Below are positions 1 through 12,773 of a stretch of 64,000 bases of DNA, piece after piece. Made by a program: the position numbers and the translations under genes. The stretch is from Nemertoderma westbladi (lineage: Eukaryota; Animalia; Xenacoelomorpha). Each line of letters opens with the position of its first letter. Position 1 is the first letter of the stretch. Location of the stretch: assembly GCA_032718475.1 (NCBI GenBank), contig JAUCBJ010007860.1, forward strand, positions 62,001 to 126,000, read 5' to 3'. The notes below the pieces were generated by a model that had not been told where the DNA came from, did no database searches, and worked only from the letters and a program-made list of their open reading frames with translations.

Positions 1-3000
1 GTAGACACGGATGGAACTATAAGAACAAAATGTAGACACGGGTGGAACTATAGGAACAAAATGTAGATACGGGCGGAACTATAATAACAGAATGTAGACA
101 CGGATGGAACTATAAGAACAAAATGTAGACACGGGTGGAACTATAGGAACAAAATGTAGATACGGGCGGAACTATAATAACAGAATGTAGACACGGGCGG
201 AACTATAGGAACAAAATGTAGACACGGGTGGAACTATAAGAACAAAATGTAGCCACGGGTGGAACTATAGGAACAAAATGTAGACACGGGTGGAACTATA
301 GGAACAAAATGTAGATACGGGCGGAACTATAATAACAGAATGTAGCCACGGCTGGAACTATAAGAACAAAATGTAGACACGGATGGAACTATAAGAACAA
401 AATGTAGACACGGGTGGAACTATAGGAACAAAATGTAGATACGGGCGGAACTATAATAACAGAATGTAGCCACGGATGGAACTATAAGAACAAAATGTAG
501 ACACGGGTGGAACTATAAAAACAAAATGTAGACACGGGTAGAACTATAAGAACAAAATGTAGACACGGGTGGAACTATAAGAACAAAATGTAGACACGGG
601 TGGAACTATAAGAACAAAATGTAGCCACGGGTGGAACTATAGGAACAAAATGTAGACACGGGTGGAACTATAGGAACAAAATGTAGATACGGGTGGAACT
701 ATAGGAACAAAATGTAGACACGGGTGGAACTATAGGAACAAAATGTAGATACGGGCGGAACTATAATAACAGAATGTAGACACGGATGAAACTATAAGAA
801 CAAAATGTAGCCACGGGTGGAACTATAGGAACAAAATGTAGACACGGGTGGAACTATAGGAACAAAATGTAGATACGGGCGGAACTATAATAACAGAATG
901 TAGACACGGGTGGAACTATAAGAACAAAATGTAGACACGGATGGAACTATAAGAACAAAATGTAGACACGGGTGGAACTAGAAAACCAACATGTAGATAC
1001 GGGTGGAACTATAGGAACAAAATGTAGACACGGGTGGAACTATAAGAACAAAATGTAGACACGGGTGGAACTATAGGAACAAAATATAGACACGGGTGGA
1101 ACTATAAGAACAAAATGTAGACACGGGTGGAACTATAGGAACAAAATTTAGACACGGGTGGAACTATAAGAACAAAATGTAGACACGGGTGGAACTATAG
1201 GAACAAAATGTAGACACGGGTGGAACTATAGGAACAAAATGTAGACACGGGTGGAACTATAGGAACAAAATGTAGACACGGGTGGAACTATAGGAACAAA
1301 ATGTAGATACGGGCGGAACTATAAGAACAAAATGTAGCCACGGATGGAACTATAGGAACAAAATGTAGACACGGGTGGAACTATAGGAACAAAATGTAGA
1401 CACGGGCGGAACTATAAGAACAAAATGTAGACACGGGTGGAACTATAAGAACAAAATGTAGCCACGGATGGAACTATAAGAACAAAATGTAGACACGGGT
1501 GGAACTATAGGAACAAAATGTAGATACGGGCGGAACTATAAGAACAAAATGTTGACACGGGTGGAACTATAGGAACAAAATGTAGACACGGGTGGAACTA
1601 TAGGAACAAAATGTAGATACGGGCGGAACTATAATAACAGAATGTAGACACGGATGGAACTATAGGAACAAAATGTAGACACGGGTGGAACTATAGGAAC
1701 AAAATGTAGATACGGGCGGAACTATAAGAACAAAATGTAGCCACGGATGGAACTATAGGAACAAAATGTAGATACGGGCGGAACTATAATAACAGAATGT
1801 AGACACGCATGGAACTATAAGAACAAAATGTAAACACGGATGGAACTATAAGAACAAAATGTAGAGACGGGCGGAACTATAATAACAGAATGTAGACACG
1901 GATGGAACTATAAGAACAAAATGTAAACACGGATGGAACTATAAGAACAAAATGTAGATACGGGCGGAACTATAATAACAAAATGTAGACACGGGTGGAA
2001 CTATAGGAACAAAATGTAGACACGGGTGGAACTATAGGAACAAAATGTAGATACGGGCGGAACTATAATAACAGAATGTAGACACGGGTGGAACTATAGG
2101 AACAAAATGTAGACACGGGTGGAACTATAGGAACAAAATGTAGATACGGCCGGAACTATAATAACAGAATGTAGACACGGATGGAACTATAAGAACAAAA
2201 TGTAGACACGGGTGGAACTATAGGAACAAAATGTAGATACGGGCGGAACTATAATAACAGTATGTAGACACGGATGGAACTATAAGAACAAAATGTAGAC
2301 ACGGGTGGAACTATAGGAACAAAATGTAGATACGGGCGGAACTATAATAACAGAATGTAGACACGGGCGGAACTATAGGAACAAAATGTAGACACGGGTG
2401 GAACTATAAGAACAAAATGTAGCCACGGGTGGAACTATAGGAACAAAATGTAGACACGGGTGGAACTATAGGAACAAAATGTAGATACGGGCGGAACTAT
2501 AATAACAGAATGTAGCCACGGATGGAACTATAAGAACAAAATGTAGACACGGATGGAACTATAAGAACAAAATGTAGACACGGGTGGAACTATAGGAACA
2601 AAATGTAGATACGGGCGGAACTATAATAACAGAATGTAGACACGGATGGAACTATAAGAACAAAATGTAGCCACGGGTGGAACTATAGGAACAAAATGTA
2701 GACACGGGTGGAACTATAAGAACAAAATGTAGACACGGATGGAACTATAAGAACAAAATGTAGATACGGGCGGAACTATAATAACAGAATGTAGACACGG
2801 ATGGAACTATAAGAACAAAATGTAGACACGGGTGGAACTATAAGAACAAAATGTAGCCACGGGTGGAACTATAGGAACAAAATGTAGACACGGGTGGAAC
2901 TATAGGAACAAAATGTAGATACGGGCGGAACTATAATAACAGAATGTAGCCACGGATGGAACTATAAGAACAAAATGTAGACACGGGTAGAACTATAGGA

Positions 3001-6000
3001 ACAAAATGTAGACACGGGTAGAACTATAGGAACAAAATGTAGACACGGGTGGAACGATAGGAACAAAATGTAGATACGGGCGGAACTATAATAACAGAAT
3101 GTAGACACGGATGGAACTATAAGAACAAAATGTAGCCACGGGTGGAACTATAGGAACAAAATGTAGACACGGGTGGAACTATAAGAACAAAATGTAGACA
3201 CGGATGGAACTATAAGAACAAAATGTAGCCACGGGTGGAACTATAAAAACAAAATGTAGACACGGGTAGAACTATAGGAAAAAAATGTAGATACGGGTGG
3301 AACTATAAGAACAAAATGTAGACACGGTTGGAACTATAAGAACAAAATGTAGATACGGGCGGAACTATAGGAACAAAATGTAAACACGGATGGAACTATA
3401 AGAACAAAATGTAGACACGGATGGAACTATAAGAACAAAATGTAGACACGGGTGGAACTATAGGAACAAAATGTAGATACGGGCGGAACTATAATAACAG
3501 AATGTAGCCACGGATGGAACTATAAGAACAAAATGTAGACACGGATGGAACTATAAGAACAAAATGTAGACACGGTTGGAACTATAAGAACAAAATGTAG
3601 ATACGGGCGGAACTATAATAACAGAATGTAGACACGGATGGAACTATAAGAACAAAATGTAGACACGGGTGGAACTATAGGAACAAAATGTAGATACGGG
3701 CGGAACTATAATAACAGAATGTAGACACGGATGGAACTATAAGAACAAAATGTAAACACGGATGGAACTATAAGAACAAAATGTAGACACGGATGGAACT
3801 ATAAGAACAAAATGTAGACACGGGTGGAACTAGAAGACCAACATGTAGATACGGGTGGAACTATAGGAACAAAATGTAGACACGGGTGGAACTATAAGAA
3901 CAAAATGTAGACACGGGTGGAACTATAGGAACAAAATTTAGACACGGGTGGAACTATAAGAACAAAATGTAGACACGGGTGGAACTATAGGAACAAAATG
4001 TAGACACGGGTGGAACTATAGGAACAAAATGTAGACACGGGTGGAACTATAGGAACAAAATGTAGACACGGGTGGAACTATAGGAACAAAATGTAGATAC
4101 GGGCGGAACTATAAGAACAAAATGTAGCCACGGATGGAACTATAGGAACAAAATGTAGACACGGGTGGAACTATAGGAACAAAATGTAGACACGGGCGGA
4201 ACTATAAGAACAAAATGTAGACACGGGTGGAACTATAAGAACAAAATGTAGCCACGGATGGAACTATAAGAACAAAATGTAGACACGGGTGGAACTATAG
4301 GAACAAAATGTAGATACGGGCGGAACTATAAGAACAAAATGTTGACACGGGTGGAACTATAGGAACAAAATGTAGACACGGGTGGAACTATAGGAACAAA
4401 ATGTAGATACGGGCGGAACTATAATAACAGAATGTAGACACGGATGGAACTATAGGAACAAAATGTAGACACGGGTGGAACTATAGGAACAAAATGTAGA
4501 TACGGGCGGAACTATAAGAACAAAATGTAGCCACGGATGGAACTATAGGAACAAAATGTAGATACGGGCGGAACTATAATAACAGAATGTAGACACGGAT
4601 GGAACTATAAGAACAAAATGTAAACACGGATGGAACTATAAGAACAAAATGTAGATACGGGCGGAACTATAATAACAGAATGTAGACACGGATGGAACTA
4701 TAAGAACAAAATGTAAACACGGATGGAACTATAAGAACAAAATGTAGATACGGGCGGAACTATAATAACAAAATGTAGACACGGGTGGAACTATAGGAAC
4801 AAAATGTAGACACGGGTGGAACTATAGGAACAAAATGTAGATACGGGCGGAACTATAAGAACAAAATGTAGCCACGGATGGAACTATAGGAACAAAATGT
4901 AGATACGGGCGGAACTATAAGAACAAAATGTAGCCACGGATGGAACTATAGGAACAAAATGTAAACACGGATGGAACTATAAGAACAAAATGTAGATACG
5001 GGCGGAACTATAATAACAGAATGTAGACACGGATGGAACTATAAGAACAAAATGTAAACACGGATGGAACTATAAGAACAAAATGTAGATACGGGCGGAA
5101 CTATAATAACAGAATGTAGACACGGATGGAACTATAAGAACAAAATGTAAACACGGATGGAACTATAAGAACAAAATGTAGCCACGGATGGAACTATAGG
5201 AACAAAATGTAAACACGGATGGAACTATAAGAACAAAATGTAGATACGGGCGGAACTATAATAACAGAATGTAGACACGGATGGAACTATAAGAACAAAA
5301 TGTAAACACGGATGGAACTATAAGAACAAAATGTAGCCACGGATGGAACTATAAGAACAAAATGTAGCCACGGATGGAACTATAGGAACAAAATGTAGAT
5401 ACGGGCGGAACTATAATAACAGAATGTAGACACGGATGGAACTATAAGAACAAAATGTAGATACGGGTGGAACTATAGGAACAAAATGTAGATACAGGCG
5501 GAACTATAAGAAAAAAATGTAGATACGGGTGGAACTATAAGAACAAAATGTAGATACGGGCGGAACTATAATAACAGAATGTAGACACGGATGGAACTAT
5601 AAGAACAAAATGTAGCCACGGATGGAACTATAAGAACAAAATGTAGCCACGGATGGAACTATAGGAACAAAATGTAGATACGGGCGGAACTATAATAACA
5701 GAATGTAGACACGGATGGAACTATAAGAACAAAATGTAGACACGGATGGAACTATAGGAACAAAATGTAGCCACGGGTGGAACTATAAGAACAAAATGTA
5801 GATACGGGCGGAACTATAATAACAGAATGTAGACACGGATGGAACTATAAGAACAAAATGTAAACACGGATGGAACTATAAGAACAAAATGTAGATACGG
5901 GTGGAACTATAAGAACAAAATGTAGCCACGGATGGAACTATAAGAACAAAATGTAGCCACGGATGGAACTATAGGAACAAAATGTAGATACGGGCGGAAC

Positions 6001-9000
6001 TATAATAACAGAATGTAGACACGGATGGAACTATAAGAACAAAATGTAAACACGGATGGAACTATAAGAACAAAATGTAGATACGGGCGGAACTATAATA
6101 ACATAATGTAGACACGGATGGAACTATAAGAACAAAATGTAAACACAGATGGAACTATAAGAACAAAATGTAGCCACGGATGGAACTATAAGAACAAAAT
6201 GTAGCCACGGATGGAACTATAGGAACAAAATGTAGATACGGGCGGAACTATAATAACAGAATGTAGACACGGATGGAACTATAAGAACAAAATGTAAACA
6301 CGGATGGAACTATAAGAACAAAATGTAGACACAGGTGGAACTATAAGAACAAAATGTAGCCACGGATGGAACTATAAGAACAAAATGTAGCCACGGGTGG
6401 AACTATAGGAACAAAATGTAGCCACGGATGGAACTATAAGAACAAAATGTAGCCACGGATGGAACTATAGGAACAAAATGTAGATACGGGCGGAACTATA
6501 AGGACAAAATGTAGACACGGGTGGAACTATAGGAACAAAATGTAGATACGGGCGGAACTATAATAACAGAATGTAGACACGGGTGGAACTATAAGAACAA
6601 AATGTAGCCACGGATGGAACTATAAGAACAAAATGTAGCAACGGATGGAACTATAGGAACAAAATGTAGATACGGGCGGAACTATAATAACAGAATGTAG
6701 ATACGGATGGAACTATAAGAACAAAATGTAGACACGGGTGGAACTATAAGAACAAAATGTAGCCACGGATGGAACTATAAGAACAAAATGTAGACACGGG
6801 TGGAACTATAAGAACAAAATGTAGCCACGGGTGGAACTATAGGAACAAAATGTAGACACGGGTGGAACTATAAGAACAAAATGTAGACACGGGTGGAACT
6901 ATAAGAACAAAATGTAGACACGGGTGGAACTATAAGAACAAAATGTAGACACGGTTGGAACTATAAGAACAAAATGTAGCCACGGATGGAACTATAAGAA
7001 CAAAATGCAGCCACGGGTGGAACTATAGGAACAAAATGTAGACACGGGTGGAACTATAAGAACAAAATGTAGATACGGGCGGAACTATAAGAACAAAATG
7101 TAGCCACGGGTGGAACTATAGGAACAAAATGTAGAGACAGGTGGAACTATAAGAACAAAATGTAGCCACGGGTGGAACTATAGGAACAAAATGTAGAGAC
7201 AGGTGGAACTATAAGAACAAAATGTAGCCACGGGTGGAACTATAGGAACAAAATGTAGCCACGGATGGAACTATAAGAACAAAATGTAGACACGGGTGGA
7301 ACTATAAGAACAAAATGTAGCCACGGGTGGAACTATAGGAACAAAATGTAGAGACAGGTGGAACTATAAGAACAAAATGTAGCCACGGATGGAACTATAA
7401 GAATAAAATGTAGCCACGGATGGAACTATAAGAACAAAATGTAGACACGGGTGGAACTATAAGAACAAAATGTAGACACGGGTGGAACTATAGGAACAAA
7501 ATGTAGACACGGGTGGAACTATAAGAACAAAATGTAGCCACGGATGGAACTATAAGAACAAAATGTAGACACGGGTGGAACTATAAGAACAAAATGTAGC
7601 CATGGGTGGAACTATAGGAACAAAATGTAGAGACAGGTGGAACTATAAGAACAAAATGTAGCCACGTATGGAACTATAAGAACAAAATGTAGCCACGGAT
7701 GGAACTATAAGAACAAAATGTAGACACGGGTGGAACTATAAGAACAAAATGTAGCCACGGATGGAACTATAAGAACAAAATGTAGACACGGTTGGAACTA
7801 TAAGAACAAAATGTAGACACGGGTGGAACTATAGGAACAAAATGTAGACACGGGTGGAACTATAAGAACAAAATGTAGCCACGGATGGAACTATAAGAAC
7901 AAAATGTAGACACGGGTGGAACTATAAGAACAAAATGTAGACACGGGTGGAACTATAGGAACAAAATGTAGACACGGGTGGAACTATAAGAACAAAATGT
8001 AGCCACGGATGGAACTATAAGAACAAAATGTAGACACGGGTGGAACTATAAGAACAAAATGTAGCCACGGGTGGAACTATAGGAACAAAATGTAGAGACA
8101 GGTGGAACTATAAGAACAAAATGTAGCCACGTATGGAACTATAAGAACAAAATGTAGCCACGGATGGAACTATAAGAACAAAATGTAGACACGGGTGGAA
8201 CTATAAGAACAAAATGTAGCCACGGGTGGAACTATAGGAACAAAATGTAGATACAGGCGGAACTATAAGAAAAAAATGTAGATACGGGTGGAACTATAAG
8301 AACAAAATGTAGATACGGGCGGAACTATAATAACAGAATGTAGACACGGATGGAACTATAAGAACAAAATGTAGCCACGGATGGAACTATAAGAACAAAA
8401 TGTAGCCACGGATGGAACTATAGGAACAAAATGTAGATACGGGCGGAACTATAATAACAGAATGTAGACACGGATGGAACTATAAGAACAAAATGTAGAC
8501 ACGGATGGAACTATAGGAACAAAATGTAGCCACGGGTGGAACTATAAGAACAAAATGTAGATACGGGCGGAACTATAATAACAGAATGTAGACACGGATG
8601 GAACTATAAGAACAAAATGTAAACACGGATGGAACTATAAGAACAAAATGTAGATACGGGTGGAACTATAAGAACAAAATGTAGCCACGGATGGAACTAT
8701 AAGAACAAAATGTAGCCACGGATGGAACTATAGGAACAAAATGTAGATACGGGCGGAACTATAATAACAGAATGTAGACACGGATGGAACTATAAGAACA
8801 AAATGTAAACACGGATGGAACTATAAGAACAAAATGTAGATACGGGCGGAACTATAATAACATAATGTAGACACGGATGGAACTATAAGAACAAAATGTA
8901 AACACAGATGGAACTATAAGAACAAAATGTAGCCACGGATGGAACTATAAGAACAAAATGTAGCCACGGATGGAACTATAGGAACAAAATGTAGATACGG

Positions 9001-11209
9001 GCGGAACTATAATAACAGAATGTAGACACGGATGGAACTATAAGAACAAAATGTAAACACGGATGGAACTATAAGAACAAAATGTAGACACAGGTGGAAC
9101 TATAAGAACAAAATGTAGCCACGGATGGAACTATAAGAACAAAATGTAGCCACGGGTGGAACTATAGGAACAAAATGTAGCCACGGATGGAACTATAAGA
9201 ACAAAATGTAGCCACGGATGGAACTATAGGAACAAAATGTAGATACGGGCGGAACTATAAGGACAAAATGTAGACACGGGTGGAACTATAGGAACAAAAT
9301 GTAGATACGGGCGGAACTATAATAACAGAATGTAGACACGGGTGGAACTATAAGAACAAAATGTAGCCACGGATGGAACTATAAGAACAAAATGTAGCAA
9401 CGGATGGAACTATAGGAACAAAATGTAGATACGGGCGGAACTATAATAACAGAATGTAGATACGGATGGAACTATAAGAACAAAATGTAGACACGGGTGG
9501 AACTATAAGAACAAAATGTAGCCACGGATGGAACTATAAGAACAAAATGTAGACACGGGTGGAACTATAAGAACAAAATGTAGCCACGGGTGGAACTATA
9601 GGAACAAAATGTAGACACGGGTGGAACTATAAGAACAAAATGTAGACACGGGTGGAACTATAAGAACAAAATGTAGACACGGGTGGAACTATAAGAACAA
9701 AATGTAGACACGGTTGGAACTATAAGAACAAAATGTAGCCACGGATGGAACTATAAGAACAAAATGCAGCCACGGGTGGAACTATAGGAACAAAATGTAG
9801 ACACGGGTGGAACTATAAGAACAAAATGTAGATACGGGCGGAACTATAAGAACAAAATGTAGCCACGGGTGGAACTATAGGAACAAAATGTAGAGACAGG
9901 TGGAACTATAAGAACAAAATGTAGCCACGGGTGGAACTATAGGAACAAAATGTAGAGACAGGTGGAACTATAAGAACAAAATGTAGCCACGGGTGGAACT
10001 ATAGGAACAAAATGTAGCCACGGATGGAACTATAAGAACAAAATGTAGACACGGGTGGAACTATAAGAACAAAATGTAGCCACGGGTGGAACTATAGGAA
10101 CAAAATGTAGAGACAGGTGGAACTATAAGAACAAAATGTAGCCACGGATGGAACTATAAGAATAAAATGTAGCCACGGATGGAACTATAAGAACAAAATG
10201 TAGACACGGGTGGAACTATAAGAACAAAATGTAGACACGGGTGGAACTATAGGAACAAAATGTAGACACGGGTGGAACTATAAGAACAAAATGTAGCCAC
10301 GGATGGAACTATAAGAACAAAATGTAGACACGGGTGGAACTATAAGAACAAAATGTAGCCATGGGTGGAACTATAGGAACAAAATGTAGAGACAGGTGGA
10401 ACTATAAGAACAAAATGTAGCCACGTATGGAACTATAAGAACAAAATGTAGCCACGGATGGAACTATAAGAACAAAATGTAGACACGGGTGGAACTATAA
10501 GAACAAAATGTAGCCACGGATGGAACTATAAGAACAAAATGTAGACACGGTTGGAACTATAAGAACAAAATGTAGACACGGGTGGAACTATAGGAACAAA
10601 ATGTAGACACGGGTGGAACTATAAGAACAAAATGTAGCCACGGATGGAACTATAAGAACAAAATGTAGACACGGGTGGAACTATAAGAACAAAATGTAGA
10701 CACGGGTGGAACTATAGGAACAAAATGTAGACACGGGTGGAACTATAAGAACAAAATGTAGCCACGGATGGAACTATAAGAACAAAATGTAGACACGGGT
10801 GGAACTATAAGAACAAAATGTAGCCACGGGTGGAACTATAGGAACAAAATGTAGAGACAGGTGGAACTATAAGAACAAAATGTAGCCACGTATGGAACTA
10901 TAAGAACAAAATGTAGCCACGGATGGAACTATAAGAACAAAATGTAGACACGGGTGGAACTATAAGAACAAAATGTAGCCACGGGTGGAACTATAGGAAC
11001 AAAATGTAGACACGGGTGGAACTATAAGAACAAAATGTAGCCACGGATGGAACTATAAGAACAAAATGTAGACACGGTTGGAACTATAAGAACAAAATGT
11101 AGCCACGGATGGAACTATAAGAACAAAATGTAGACACGGGTGGAAATATAGGAACAAAATGTAGACACGGGTGGAACTATAGGAACAAAATGTAGATACG
11201 GGCGGAACT
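1..11209. repeat. 31-bp tandem satellite array (~360 units in window; open at the left edge)
   Basis: Consensus GTAGACACGGRTGGAACTATARGAACAAAAT repeats without interruption, with a few recurrent variants. The array ends abruptly at ...GGCGGAACT (11209). Confidence 0.98.
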
Positions 11210-11354
11210 CCAACCTTAAATGTATCCCTAATCTCCCACTTAGCTTCCCCAACGCACATTTGTAATAAAACTGAGTAATTCTGAAACAATTTGCTCCAAA
11301 TTATTGATTAATTTTATTCAAAATATAAAATAATATATTAATTTCAAAGAAAAT

Positions 11355-12773
11355 ATGGAATCTCAAGGAGATATTAACCTTTCTCCCGAAGTCTTTCAGG
11401 ACAACGTACACGGACTCATCGAGCTCCATCCACTCCTGATCCGCTTCATCGACACGCCACAGTTCCAACGACTTCGGGACATCAAGCAGCTCGGTGCTAG
11501 CTACTATGTCTTCCCAACAGCCTCACACAACCGATTCGAACATTCTCTCGGAGTCGCGCATCTCGCTAATATCGCACTCCTACAGTTACGTCAGGCACAG
11601 CCTGGACTTTCCATCTCCGACACTGACATACTCTGCGTCCAATTAGCCGGCCTCTGTCACGACCTAGGTCACGGCCCCTTCAGTCACACCTTCGAGGTGG
11701 TCGTATCAAAACTTGCCAAAGCGAACTTTCTACCGAAAGAGTTTGCAACATGGAGACACGAAGACTTCTCTTTGCTAATGTTCGACCATCTCATAGAATC
11801 CAATAACTTATCCACTGAATTAGTAAAGTATGGGATAGGAGAAAAGGATCTAATCTTTGTTAAAGACTGTATTCTGGGTGTCCCCAGTCCTGGTTCAGAC
11901 CGAATGAATGAAAAGTACTTCCTGTACCAGATAATCTCCAATAAAGCCACTGGAATAGATATGGATCGTTGCGATTACTTAGCTCGCAACTGCTTTCATT
12001 TAGGGATACAGAACAGTTTCGAGCATAATCGTTTGATAAAGTTTACTCTAGTAATAAGAAACAGCGCAAAACAGCAGGTCTTAGCTTATCGTGATAAAGA
12101 ATGGGACAACGTGAATGAGTTCTACAAAATGATTGTTAGGCTGCATCGACGATGCTGTCCCTGTCAACATCCTGTTATAAAGAGCATTGAGTATATGATC
12201 GCCGATATATTAATGTCCGCTAATCCGTATATAAAGTTACCCTCAGAAGGAGGTCAACCAATGATGACTATTGCACAGACTATGGCCAATAAAAATATGA
12301 CCATCTTTACTCATATAACAGATTCGATTTTGCGGCAAATTGAACTAAGTCAGGATTCTCTTTTGGTAAATTCAAAAAATCTAATAAAAGACATTCGAAG
12401 TAGAAAATTATATTATTTCGTCGGAAAACATCTGCTAAACCTCGAAGATGTCAAAAAAATATCGGATACAAAGAATAATGTTAAGCAATATTTGTGTGAC
12501 GTCACAGGAGTAGACGAAAGTTTCTTCCTCGTTGATATGTACAAAGTGGACTACGGCATAGATTCACCCTTAGAAAGACTGCTTATGTACAACAAGACAA
12601 ATGCAAACCTACTACAACCAATGAAATTTCTCAATTTCCTTGAAAAATCGTGGTCTAACATGTTTCCTACTAAAGATCTTGACACTTATATGAGAGTGTA
12701 TTTGGTTAAAGACTATAACAAAGGCTATGATGCCAAAAAGGCTTTTGATAATTGGAGTCAACAGCACTCGTAA
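11355..12773 (+). CDS. SAMHD1: SAMHD1-like HD-domain dNTP triphosphohydrolase, intronless, no SAM domain
   Basis: 472-aa ORF with IELHPLL..IDTPQFQRLRDIKQLG, HNRFEHSLGV, LCHDLGHGPFSH, WRHE and GIDMDRCDYLAR. These match the SAMHD1 HD core, and the metal ligands H/HD/D are present. Confidence 0.92.
   Translation: MESQGDINLSPEVFQDNVHGLIELHPLLIRFIDTPQFQRLRDIKQLGASYYVFPTASHNRFEHSLGVAHLANIALLQLRQAQPGLSISDTDILCVQLAGLCHDLGHGPFSHTFEVVVSKLAKANFLPKEFATWRHEDFSLLMFDHLIESNNLSTELVKYGIGEKDLIFVKDCILGVPSPGSDRMNEKYFLYQIISNKATGIDMDRCDYLARNCFHLGIQNSFEHNRLIKFTLVIRNSAKQQVLAYRDKEWDNVNEFYKMIVRLHRRCCPCQHPVIKSIEYMIADILMSANPYIKLPSEGGQPMMTIAQTMANKNMTIFTHITDSILRQIELSQDSLLVNSKNLIKDIRSRKLYYFVGKHLLNLEDVKKISDTKNNVKQYLCDVTGVDESFFLVDMYKVDYGIDSPLERLLMYNKTNANLLQPMKFLNFLEKSWSNMFPTKDLDTYMRVYLVKDYNKGYDAKKAFDNWSQQHS

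Noticed and set aside
1-11209. CRISPR array
   Set aside because: Units are head-to-tail with no unique spacers, there are no cas genes, and the context is eukaryotic.
11053-11289. 78-aa minus-strand ORF
   Set aside because: Mostly translation of satellite units.
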